A DNA stretch of 63,636 bases, the filler included, from Phoronis australis (Eukaryota > Animalia > Phoronida), in NCBI GenBank assembly GCA_002633005.1. It is 10 parts of 10 records of this genome, joined end to end, with 100 filler letters (N's around TTAATTAATTAA, not from the genome) between each part and the next. Parts side by side here need not be neighbours in the genome. Positions count along the whole stretch, not along the records: positions 1 to 4,114 come from NMRA01002696.1; positions 4,215 to 28,598 come from NMRA01000402.1; 8 more parts are not named here. The stretch is one strand, 5' to 3'. Positions 1 to 11,737 of the stretch are shown here, in pieces. The notes under the pieces are model-generated. The model worked only from the letters and a program-made list of their open reading frames with translations, searched no databases and was not told where the DNA came from. Numbering within the stretch: the first letter of the stretch is position 1; every line of letters begins with the position of its first letter. A program made the translations under genes and the position numbers.

Positions 1-75
1 GGTTAACCGCCCACCCCCGATTTTTTGGGTTTGCCAATTTAACTGCCCAGGGCGTTAACCCGAACGTTTACGGTA
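1..75 (-). mobile_element. Terminal fragment of a Tc1/mariner-type MITE
   Basis: Ends in ...GGGCGTTAACCCGAACGTTTACGG-TA (reverse complement TA-CCGTAAACGTTCGGG), a typical TA-flanked MITE terminus. It abuts the start of the duplicated segment. Confidence 0.45.
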
Positions 76-812
76 CCTACATAACCAAAATAATGCATTT
101 TTTTCAAATTGAGACTCGTGTAGCTATAAGTGAGCACCTTTTATGCCAAACATGAGAAAAATGACGGGGTAAAAAGTTTTTTTGAAAAAATGCATTATTT
201 TTGTTATGTAAACGCATGAGTTATAAATACGCTCTTATGTGATAATGTCTGAATCGCATTTGGTGAATCTGAACTGAGTTTCTTGACTCGTGAAATTGAT
301 GGTCTGGCTGGTGATGGTCACATCTTATGTTGTACTTCTTTGTCAAATGTTGCCCACAAAATGAAAAATAAAAGAGTTGACGGCTCAATAGAAGACTAAC
401 TTGCTTTTATTGGGTAAATGATTGTTTGCTTGAGTTCTGAAGTACATTCTGTTTATGACACGTGTTATTGTAGTGTTCCATGTGGACATGGAGAATAACT
501 ACGAACACAGGCAGTACCTGGCGAGCATGTTGTTACCTGATGACCCTGATGATGGCAGGTAGGTATTCAAGATCGTGTGTATGTCAACAAAGACGTGCTA
601 CATGCTTGAACTTTGACCTAAGTAAACATCTTGTGTGAATTCATCGTAGTCCATTGGCATAGAATTTATTGGCAAGAAGTTTGTTCACTGGTGTTCTAAA
701 TCGTAAACTTAGGTTATCTACAGAAATATGAAATGATCATTCTGATTCGAAGTGTTTTTGCATGGGACCTCAAGATGATCTTGTCAGTTACAGAAGTCTG
801 CAGCAGATTTAA
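76..812 (+). repeat. Near-identical duplicate of about 2175-2912, including a second copy of the FHVDMENN exon (474-558)
   Basis: The two segments align directly with an offset of about 2100 bp and scattered SNPs. Splice sites are intact in both copies. Confidence 0.9.
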
Positions 813-1125
813 GGTAGGTGGATACACAAAAAAATTAATTTTGACTGTTTTTTACATTTTCATATCATCCTAATCTTTAATTCTTGATGCACAGTATACT
901 GAAGAAAAATAAAATCATTCTGAAAATCCAAAGTTGTTTTTTTAGCTATATTTGACCAAGCCTCAGTAAGTCATATGGCTTGAGTGCTCACCAGCTCAGT
1001 GATTGACAACTGGGGCGGAGCTTATATACANTAGTTTAGTAGATATTTGGCTAAACACACAGACTTGTCATTAAGGTGTTACAAACAATAGCACAAACCA
1101 CTAACATTGCCTTGGCTTAATGCAG

Positions 1126-3265
1126 ATAGCGATGATGATGTTACGATACCCGACTCCACCCAGAAAACTGAGGAGCCGGATGAGGACTCTGATTCTGAGG
1201 GGCTGGTCGTCGCCTCACCCACCCGGGGGCTCTCATCAGCTGCCATGGTTAGTAGAGTTGTCCAATAGGCAAAGTATTACCTTTACTGAATTCATAGGAA
1301 TGAGTGGTGCTTTTATGTCATCACTTTTGAATATGTTTCAAGTCAGTTTAAATTTCTTGAAGGAAATCAGCTTGAAGAACGTTTGTGTTGTTACTGTTCC
1401 TGTCATTAATGGAAAAGTCACTCGTACTTTTAGTAGTAATGTAAGTCACATTACATATTTTGTGGGAAAATGTCTGAATTCAACAACATTTTTTTTCATG
1501 GCTTGAATATTACTGTGACTGTAATTCTTTACCTATTTAGTGCACAGTTTTATGTTGTCAATTTTTTCTATGAAAGTAAATTCTTTATTGTACTCTGTTA
1601 ACTTAATTTGTTCTTTCTTAAAACAAAAATTAGATATTGAAGGCAAGGTAGTCAGCCTTTGAAAATTACATTTATGGCATTTTTCGTGCAAATAAGTGAT
1701 AAGAACTGCTTCCTTTCAATACCCCTTATTGAATGTATATGTTATAATGCGTGTGTGTGTGTGTGCGTGCATGCGTGTGTGTTTTCATTACATGCTAACT
1801 CTTGCTGTCACCACCAGGTGTCAGACACGGTGGTCATCATCATTTCTCACCTAAGTCTGGAGGACCACTGTGAGGCCATCCAGAACCCGGCCATCCAGAA
1901 GCTGTTTGTGGAGTACCGTTTCCTTGGTTACCCGGCGGAAGAGCTTGAGACACCGTTCTCACTGCCTAAACCTAAGCCACTGTCGCAGATCGCTTTCAAC
2001 TTCAGGAAAGGTACGAGCAATGTTCGCTCAAAGGTCATCCATAATTACTGATATTTTCAAAAGCATGCTCATCTCGGTAAACTGTCTCTTACCATCATGA
2101 ACTGTTTGTGGCATTTACTTCCAAAAAGGCGGATGTTGCTCTCCATAAGGTTGATTTACCTACGTATTATGCATCTACATAACCAAAATAATGCATGTTT
2201 TTCGAATTGAGACTCGTGTAGCTATAAGTGAGCACCTTTTATGCTGAACATGAGAAAAATGATGGGGTACAAAAGTTTTTTTTGAAAAAATGCATTCTTT
2301 TGCTTATGTAGACGCATGAGTTATAAAAACGCAGTTATGTGATGATGTGTGAAACGCATTTGGTGAATCTGAACTGAGTTTCTTGCCTCTTGAAATTGAT
2401 GGTCTGGCTGGTAATGGTCACATCTTATGTTGTACTTCTTTGTCAAATGTTGCCCACAAAATGAAAAATAAAAGAGTTGACGGCTCAATAGAAGACGAAC
2501 TTGCTTTTATTGGGTAAATGATTCTTTGCTTGAGTTCTGAACTACATTCTGTTTATGACACGTGTTATTGTAGTGTTCCATGTGGACATGGAGAATAACT
2601 ACGAACACAGGCAGTACCTGGCGAGCATGTTGTTACCTGACGACCCTGATGATGGCAGGTAGGTATTCAAGATCGTGTGTATGTCAACAAAGAGGTGCTA
2701 CATGCTTGAACTTTGACCTAAGTAAACATCTTGTGTGAATTCATCATAGTCCAGTGGCATAGAATTTATTGGCAAGAAGTTTGTTCACTGGTGTTCTAAC
2801 TCGTAAACTTAGGTTATCTACAGAAATATGAAATGATCATTCTGATTCGAAGTGTTTTTGCATGGGACCTCAAGATGATCTTGTCAGTTACAGAAGTCTG
2901 CAGCAGATTTAATGCTTTTTGAATGATAGCTGATGCTTTCTCATTTAGCAAACTTTGAGAATGACCACTTGGGGGTTGTAGTCACATGATCAGGCATGAA
3001 GCAAAACAGCTGCAGGGGGTCAGTTTTTGTAAGGTCTGACTGTCTAAGTTGCTGGAGGTTACTCAGAGAACTGAGCTGCTTGTCTGTTCAGTAGCTTCTC
3101 ACTGTATTTAGTGTTATGTTGTGTGTTGTAGGATCTGCTTCACCATAGTGAGTGAGCCCAGTGAAGACAGTGATGATGAAGAGTGCTGTGATGTGGGACT
3201 GGCCTTTGTTAGTTTACGTGACATACTCAAGACTGGGCATGACTTGATGGACCAGGATGTAGATA
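1126..3265 (+). CDS. RPGRIP1L: RPGRIP1L (fantom)/RPGRIP1-like protein, C-terminal C2 domain exons (partial gene)
   Basis: Four AG/GT-bounded, phase-compatible exons: 1126-1247 (SDDDVTIPDST...DEDSDSEGLVV), 1818-2010 (VSDTVVIIISHLSLE...IQKLFVEYRFLGYPAEELETPFSLPKPKP...FNFRK), 2574-2658 (VFHVDMENNYEHRQYLASMLLPDDPDDGR) and 3132-3265 (ICFTIVSEP...EECCDVGLAFVSLRDILKTGHDLMDQDVD). The motifs match the RPGRIP1/RPGRIP1L C-terminal C2 domain as I recall it. Confidence 0.85.
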
Positions 3266-3269
3266 GTAA

Positions 3270-3545
3270 GTGGGTGGTGCTGGTGGCAGTAGTCGTGGGG
3301 GCCACTGCGGTGGTGTGGGTGATGGTGGTGGCAGTGGTAGGGGTGAGGGGTGTTCGTGGTAGTGATGTTAGTTGTTGGAGGTGGCGAGGGTGGTTGTAGT
3401 GGTGTTGTTGGGTGGGGGTGAGGGTGATGCTGAGAGTGATGGTAGTAAGTGGAGGTGGTGGTTGCAATGATGGGGTTGATGATAGTGGTAGGGGTGACAG
3501 GAGTGGAAGTAGTGGGTGATAGTGGTGAAGGGGGTGGTGAGAAGT
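3270..3545. repeat. GGT/GTG-rich low-complexity intronic tract
   Basis: Degenerate (GGT/GAT/AGT)n run that explains the spurious Pro/Thr/His-rich ORFs. Confidence 0.8.
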
Positions 3546-4114
3546 ACAGAGGCTTGGTCACTGAATTTTCTCATAGCATCTTATGAATTCCTAAGAAGCA
3601 GGATCTATGTAAAGTGAATTGAACTATTTTGGTGGCTTTAAATCACTCCTAGCTAATGTCACTCAAGGCTTGACTAGAAATTGATGAATCACACCATATG
3701 AAATTTGAAGGTTTACTCAAAGCATGTCACACGTTTTAAAATTGGTCAGTTTTAAAATGGACTCCCTTGTATAGTGTGTTGGTTATAGACTTTTTTGTTG
3801 TAAACTGATACATGAGAGGAGCACTGTATTTATTTGACTATATGACAAAGGGTTGAGTTGGAGAATTTGAGGAGGCAGTGTGGTCTAGTGGGAAAAGTGT
3901 CCACTTCCTTTACTCAGAGTCATGGGGCACACTGGGGCACACTGTTAGAGCCTAAAGTCAGGTCTCTTGCTCCTCAGCTTGGTTTAACTATATATTGATA
4001 AACCATTGAAATGGTTTCAGTTGATCAATGGAATGGAGCCACCTGTGCAACTTGTACATGTCTGGTACACTGTGTACCAGACATGTCTGGTACAGTGTGT
4101 ACCAGACATCTACA

Positions 4115-4214
4115 NNNNNNNNNNNNNNNNNNNNNNNNNNNNNNNNNNNNNNNNNNNNTTAATTAATTAANNNNNNNNNNNNNNNNNNNNNNNNNNNNNN
4201 NNNNNNNNNNNNNN
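4115..4214. other. Artificial contig linker (44 N + TTAATTAATTAA + 44 N), nine copies in the window
   Basis: Identical 100-bp spacers with a six-frame stop core at 4115-4214, 28599-28698, 31441-31540, 37594-37693, 48756-48855, 52646-52745, 54804-54903, 56972-57071 and 62357-62456. Confidence 0.95.
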
Positions 4215-4780
4215 GAACTGAATTTTCTGCAAATGATTTAGTACAACAAGGAGTTTGTAGAAGATGTCTTTGCCTAGTATAATGTTCATGTACAGGGCCA
4301 CGGGTTATTAAAGTGAACGTTTTAAAAAATGAAAGTAAGTAAATATGAACAAATTTTTAGAAAAATTGAATAATAGCAACAACAACAACATACAAGTCCA
4401 TTATTTCGAGTATCTGTGCAGTCCTAAATAAAGGATCTGTATGGGCATTAGAACAACTAGAGGCAATAGTGCGAATATTTTATAATTTGAATATTCTATG
4501 ATGTCCACCNNNNGTCCCCCCCCCCCCCCCCCCCCCGGCCGCAGCAAAATTCCATAATTACAATGAAGAAGGACTAGACCATTATTAACAGTTTTCAAAG
4601 TTTCAAAGCAAAGGGAAAGGAATGTTTAATGTTGTTAAGAACACCACAGAATCTGCTTATCTTTCTCAACACATTGTTTATGTGAGGAGTCCATAACAGG
4701 TTTTCGTTGGTGATAACACCAAATAAATTGAATAAACTAATTCTTCCAATTTCCAAGTTACTAAACTTTAAATAAAATCC
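4215..4780 (-). mobile_element. Degenerate non-LTR retrotransposon (CR1/L2-group) ORF2 3' fragment
   Basis: The minus strand reads, across frameshifts and stops, FGVITNENLLWTPHINNVLRKISRFCGVLNNIKH...GLVLLHCNYGIL...NAHTDPLF...HEHYTRQ, the typical RT-thumb and C-terminal pattern of LINE ORF2. Confidence 0.75.
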
Positions 4781-7700
4781 TCGACCCCATTGGTGTAGCC
4801 AGAAGTATTCAACAGAGAGAGCCAAACTCCAAATTGTTAGCGAGCGACGGCAAGGGCTTCTCTCTGAGGCAAACTTGCCTGGAAAATAGACAGAGGGGCA
4901 AAAGTGGAATGGTTTTCTCCTAGGGCAACCCTCTTTTTGTGTCATGCTCTTGGCAGCATGTGTTAGTGCCGAGCAATGTTCTGAAGTGGTAAATTAACCA
5001 TATCAGCCAGTCTCCAACCTAAAGTGTAATTCTATCATAAAAATAAAGTTCATGCCGATTGGATATTAAATTTCTTCGGTTGACTTTGTGAATCAGTATT
5101 CTGCAGCCTACTAATTCAATATAATCAGACACACATTAACGATATGTTTTTTTTAATCCTTAAGTCCAAGCTGATGGTGTTGTCCCTCAATAAGAGTTAA
5201 GTTTGTTGTTTTAAAAAACTTTTCCCAAAAGAGCAATAAAAACGTTGATCTAATTCCATGGTTTACTCTGTGATTATCACATCATTAGTTGCTTCAGTAT
5301 CCATAGTCGTAAGAAGGTGGGGAAAGACAGAACAAAAGTATATGTCATCCGTGCACTATCCATGTTGCCACCGCTTAATTTCGCCTGGCCACCCTTCGAG
5401 CATTGATTGGAAAGCGATTCAACAAATATTATTTTGGTCGCTTTTATGGAGGGGGTGGGGTGCTGCCTCCTAACTTCGTGAGTGGCCAGAAGGTAAAACT
5501 TCACACCCCCGGACTTGCTTCTGCAGTAGCTAACTCTAACTGCAATAGGTCAGTCTCTGCCACATGAGGAAGTGGATCCGCCGCATTAGTGTCGCCCACA
5601 CGTTGAGTTTCCGGTATAGACAAAGTTATTCAGGTGGGTAAGAGATATAGTGAACATTCATTGGTCTCCCCAGGGGGGTCGATGATTCGAAAGACCCCCC
5701 CCCCCACACACACACACACATTTGACGAAGTGGGCAAAAGGTACGGCGCCTCGGAGAGAAAAAACTCGGTAAAAAGTAGTAAACGAGACAAAAGTCCACC
5801 AAAATGGCAGGAGCTAGTATCACAAATCAGTGATGCACACTTCATAATTCTAAGCCTACTCCGTGAATATTTAAGTAAGTAAAACGTCCCCATATTTCGA
5901 GTCCTCCACTTTAAGGCTGCAGGGATTGCGTGCTTATTCTGGAAATTTAAGCGATAAGAAAAGAAAAATTATAGGTAAGAAATTTTCTGAAAGGCTCTGA
6001 ACAACTGAGTGAAGGGCCGTGCAATGCCTCATGATACTTTACTTTGAACTTCAGTCTATGATTCTTGATCCCACGCTCAAGGTAAGTTTAATTGAGATGG
6101 TAATGTCGGTTTTGTGTTGGAATTTTCAATAAGGATATTTGACATTTTAGTGGCCATTCGACGAACTTCAGTTTTGTGATGGTAAAGCGTTCCCAAGTCA
6201 CTGCTTTGCCGGCGGGGTCCGTAAGTGTTAACACCGGCCTCAAGCCAAATCATCTTTAAAAACGAGGATGCAAAGAATCACTATGCCTGCAAAATAATGA
6301 ATGGTGTTTGTTAAAATTCTCACGCCCAGGTGTTGAAATTGACGACTAGTAAGCCTCAGCGGGGATGTCACGATCCGTGGTCCATGTGCAGCTGCATGTG
6401 CCAAATTTGATTCTATTGACGTCCTGCCTTTTTCTTACCCGGCACCTACATATTATATTAGAGGCCGCTGTCGTAACGTAAACAATATATCTGCTCGATA
6501 TTTGAACTCGACCACTGAGTGAGCAAAACCTTTCACCCTTCTGGTGCATTGTGGGATACGTTATTATTAAGGTAAGTTAAACTTGTTTTGACCAAACACA
6601 ATAGAGAGAAAGCTGGAACTTGATCATACCAGTTCATTGGTCTGAGGGTGACCGGGTCGGTTATGACTCATGGAGAATACCTCCAAGTATGCCTGTGTAT
6701 ACGTAAACCAAGTGTAGGATTAAATAGCTTTAACCATTCTAATATCAGTTGCAGGCGGTTGTTTAGCTGTAAATGTCGGTGGGGACTGTGAACTGTATGA
6801 GAGAGGAAACACCCGTTTGACTCCTTGGCGCCTATCAACAGGTAAGCAACGGCAAAAAGATGGGTGTTTAATTGTGTACAATGTACAGCAAACGTACGTA
6901 TGACTTAAAGTGGACACGGGCGTGTCCTTCGTGAACGGGGGCTTCAGTAATTAAGGGGCAATTGACCTCGTCTATATAGTCTGTTAAGGACGGGCAGAGG
7001 TTCTTGCTGAAAAAGACCATAGCCGCCTCTTTTGGAAAATGAAGTACGATTTTTGACAGGGCAATGTATGTCGACGGTTTGCAATAGCCTGGCTTGACGT
7101 GGCAGTCGTCTCCGCGAGGTCAACCAATCTCAGTACGTCTGCAGAGCAACGGGATTTGCACTGGACCCCGCGCAAATCCTCATTCCGTACCCACCTAGCT
7201 AGACTATTCAACATTTGTGACGACCGGGGTGACCCGGCCAGGTGAACAAACTGCAGCTTAGGGTGACAATAAGCCGTATTATGAGCTCGGCCCGTCTTTT
7301 CGTCACGTACAGGTCCCCACCGGAAAGTTGTGGCAACGGTGGGAAAAGGTACACTAGCTGTAAAATTGTGCGACCAGAGGAGTGAAAAATGGAAAACCCT
7401 CCACGTCACCTCTGTTGGCCCCTCAATAGCTGAGATTACTGGGGAATGAGGACGTTAGAATTAAGGAGGCGGAAAAGAGAATTGCAATGGCCGGCTAGGA
7501 TCGCCCGGACCGTTTGTAGCTTGTACGCTCTGATAATTACCTTAATCCGTTAACGCTTGGATGGCGTATGGGGCAGTTAAACGGTACAAGATGTGACCGC
7601 TCTGTCGTGCTATATGCTATAGGGATTTGATTTTAATTCGCTGGAAATTAACGCCAAGGACGCGAGTTCAATTCAGGACGGGTCGATTACAATACAATAC

Positions 7701-8194
7701 AATATGCCGTCTGATTCCAAATATACATAGTAAGGGTGCGACGATTAATGAAATCGCGATGCGAGAGCGACGATTTCGATATCTACACACCCAGGCCCAT
7801 TTCGAATCGATTCTTAAGCTAGTCCCAGTTTTTACCGCTTGATGTCTTTCAAAATTACGACTTATTTAACTTTTGAGGTATACAGCTCAGGTATGTTCAT
7901 TAATTGGAATCATGACAACTTTTCACAGCAAATGAAATCCTGAGTGCTCTACGAGGGTAGTCGCAAATAGAAATTGTTGACACTCTCAATTTCCACCAAG
8001 GGCGCGATCCATAGACGCAAGATAGTGTCGAGTCAGGTCTGATTGATCATACCCTTCGCTTGTAATGAATAGCCATGACGTGCTTGATCTCGTTTTTTTT
8101 TCGCGGAATGCAGCACACCCCCTTCTCAGGTGGGACACTCTTAAGTAAGCTTTTGGTTAATACGAAAAGTTAAATGTTTTGCATGCATTAATTG

Positions 8195-8440
8195 CATGCG
8201 CGCGCACCCAGCTTAAAATGGGGTGCTCGAATTTTTGAAATGTGAACATTTTACTGAGTTTCACGGGGTACATCAGAGCTATAAATTGTGCATCACCGAA
8301 TTTTGGTAGTTCCTACCTTTTAGTGGACATTTGTCTCGTTTTCTACGTTTTTTTTCGAAATTTTTGTTTCCCTGAAGCGGAAATATTTGTCAACTTCGTC
8401 AAATGGGGTGCTTGTTCGAGCCCCTGAGCCCACGCGCATG
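8195..8440. mobile_element. ~245-bp MITE family A (CATGCGCGCACCCAG-type termini, 5-bp TSD)
   Basis: TSD AATTG at 8190-8194 and 8441-8445. Related copies lie at 60670-60916 (TSD AAATT), 43802-44044 (opposite orientation, TTATA/TTATG) and about 5660-5920 (degenerate). Confidence 0.75.
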
Positions 8441-9608
8441 AATTGTTCACAAGTCCTACAATATAATAATCCTATCAATGTATGAACCTTCAAACAAAAC
8501 TTGATGTTTGAAATCGGCGAAATTAAAGTCACGCTATTCTTAGTCAATTGTTTGACGGTTCACATAGTTAACTTTCCTCAAGTCATATCTCCAGTATCAG
8601 AGTAACTTCGGAAAAATTTAACCGGGGATAAAGTCAACTTATTATTTGAACCATCCACGGGTTTGCATAGTCTCGGATGAAGAGGCTGCCCAGCGGTCCG
8701 TTCCTACTGTTGCTGGACGCCTCCCTGGCCACGATCCCGATGAGATTGCACGCCTCAGAGTCGGCGCCTGCAAGCTTTGTGAGCCGTTATATTAAAAGGA
8801 GTGCAGCGTAACAGGTCAACTTCAACCCAAGGGTGTCTTGAAGGCTTATGGAAACAAATAAGTCACTCACTTTAGTTGGTGATCTCTGGCTAATCAGTAG
8901 GACCGTGACTCATCATATGACTTATTGCCCAAATATTATGTTGGAGCTATTTTGGACAGTAAGGTTATCTATTATATTTACTTACACCCATGAAGTAAAT
9001 AAAAACCTCCAAAAATGCGTCACTGTCAACGTTTTGTTTACAATTATGGCTTATTGTTATTAGAGTATGTGCTATACTAACAATAGAATATTCAAAAGGT
9101 GTGGTCCCGCTGTCAATTAAATGGTTATCACCTGCTGCACATGACTAAAGTGCATGATTTTTCGTGACCTTGGTACAGGAATAAATTGAATGAATCAAAT
9201 TTATTTCTGAATATTTTGTCTCGTCGCATTTAAAGGTGTTCTCGCGAGTATTGTTGAACGAACACGTTATCGGCTACTTTCATGAGAACGTCTTACGATT
9301 TATAACTCCATCAGTATGTCGTACATGTATTTACATCAACAACCAGCATTTACTAAACTGTCACCGAAGTCGACGGCGAGATACCCGTGACAAGAACGAT
9401 ATTAAGATAGACCAATAAAGCAATCCTTTCAGTCATAATAAAATTAATCGTCCCATGACGATGATGCTTTGTAGCTCCATTGACCGGGTCATTAAAACTC
9501 GCTTAGAGCCTCTGCGACCTACAAGAAGATACATTGCGCTCATCTGACAGCGCTGCATAAAACGTAGGCCACGCCATCTCTAAGTTTAACACACCCTCTC
9601 ACATACGC

Positions 9609-9764
9609 CAGGGCTGTAGTGGTAAAATTATAGGTAAGTAGGCGCCCAAAGCCTACAGTATCACCTTGAGCACTGAACGTAACTTACGGTGCGTAGGCGC
9701 TACGTTCGAATGCCAAAAGGTGGTTGGCTGCGCCTACGTGCGCCTACGCCCCACTACAGCACTG
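9609..9764. mobile_element. Short hAT-like MITE
   Basis: Terminal inverted repeats CAGGGCTGTAGTGG / CCACTACAGCACTG with internal (GT)AGGCGC / GCGCCTAC inverted motifs. No clear TSD. Confidence 0.55.
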
Positions 9765-11737
9765 AGCTTCATTCATACGTTAAAAGCGCGGCTGTTGGCA
9801 TGACGATTTCCGCCGATACCAGATGTTTCGTCAACAAGGCAGAGGCGTTTTCCACCCTCAAGTATGGCAAATGCGCATAGAGAGTGAAAATAAGTTCTGG
9901 AAAGTCCTATACAACGAATGAGTGTGATCTATGATGTCCATGTGTTCATTTATTTTTAGCGGTGTTCGTCAGCATCGTTCCGGCCGCCAGCACGCATTCT
10001 GCTCAAGTGCTAATTCGTGAAAATTGTGGGTTCAGGTCAGTGTCAGACTGTATTGACTTCATATTTGGATATTTACTGGCCTGATTTCCTAAACCGCGCC
10101 GCATTGAAATTCGTTATCCCGCCAGGAGGCTATCATACTATCCATGTAATGCAGACAGTAGGTTTTGACCTTATACGGAATAAACAGTGTTTTAACACCT
10201 TTCTTGCTATCATTATGTCAGACAAATTCCACTGACTGGTGAAGTGGAGTGTATTAAATGGTCTCTGAAAAGGGCAAGCAACTTGAAATATCCATAGATG
10301 AAGGACATCATGTCCCATACATTTCCCATTGAGAAGAAAAATCTGCGCTTAATACGGCAGTAGCTGCGACCTATTCGATCACAGTCGATGTCAAATAGCT
10401 AAAATAAATTAGTGAACTCAGCCTAATCAAACAATGTAAGGGACTGACTGTGGGATTTAGTCATCTGTTTTTAAATTAATGAACCACTATGTACATGTAT
10501 AATAATTGAATTTTATGCACTGACCCTACATGTATATGGTTTCCGAATCCCACCATGTTGGCTTCTTCTCGGGGTAATGGCAATATACATGTACTCTCAC
10601 CGCTCTCCACGTACATGTATATTGTTCTGATGTTAAGTCGTAGCAAAGCCGTAGTAGCGACACAACTATCGTGACTTAACAAATAAGAAATCACAACAGC
10701 CAGGAACTAGTGAATGCATTTTAAGCTTATGTATGAAGCCAACTGGGTTGGCGGCTAGATCGAAAGTGACTACGAACTAACACCTGCACTGAAAATATTC
10801 AGGCGACATCAACGTGGTTCTAAATGTATAGACAAGTGAGATGACCGTTTTGGCCTTTTTTTAATAAAAATCATGAAGGGTGATCACACACTGCGGGCAC
10901 TTCCGTCATTCAAAAGCTATACAACTCAACGTTGTCCTACTTTCTAAAGCGTATGGCTGCGTACGTGATATCGGAGACCTTTGGAATGAGGAAATGTATA
11001 AACGCAGATCTCGCATCGATTCTGATCGCATTGATTTATCCGAGGTCACTGACAAGAAACATTATAGCACCGTAACCAATCATGTTTGTTCTGCCCAAGC
11101 CATCGGAATGAGAGTGAAAACAAGGAATGAGGAAATTGGTCTAAACCTGAGATCTGCGGTGGGCTTAAGATATCGCTTCTTTACCTAACCTTCCATTTTG
11201 TCGTTGCTTTCTTCGTGTGCCCGGACAAGGGACTACTGTAGCACGTACGGTAACTATTTAACCACAAAATCATTGTGGGACAAAACTGTTTTACAGTTGA
11301 TGACTTGAGGCTTATCTTAGTTGGGTAAGCTTTACTTATTACTTAACTTCGACCACAGATATATTCTGTTTTTGTGATTACAATAAAAATAGCCGATTCC
11401 AAACAAAGGCTGTATGTTGCCTACTGAGGTACCGTGAAAATGGTTTCATCGCGCCCTGTGTGCAGAACTGATCAAAACCGGCTTGTTTTCTGAGATAAAT
11501 TCGTGCATCTCTCGTCAAACGTATGCATTTTATTCGCGCTTCAATAACTTAAGACCACAATTACTAGATTAACGCCTCCGCAAAAATAATAAACATGGCA
11601 CGTACGTAATGTATTACTATATGCAGTATTTCACTTATCATACGTGCCTAGAAGGCCTCTGTTTAGTTACTGAACTTTTCCGAGAGGTAACTGCGTGAAA
11701 TTTTTTTACTGAAATAATCATTTTGTTTCAGAGAGTC

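Noticed and set aside
2337-2380. Intronic C/D box snoRNA (TGATGA...CTGA)
   Set aside because: The boxes are too close together, there is no terminal stem, and box C is altered in the duplicated copy.
3114-3574. Pro/Thr/His-rich ORFs
   Set aside because: They are translations of a GGT-rich low-complexity tract, partly antisense to an RPGRIP1L exon.
6984-7409. 141-aa minus-strand ORF in a GC-richer patch
   Set aside because: It has a non-ATG start and no motif, and is probably repeat-derived.
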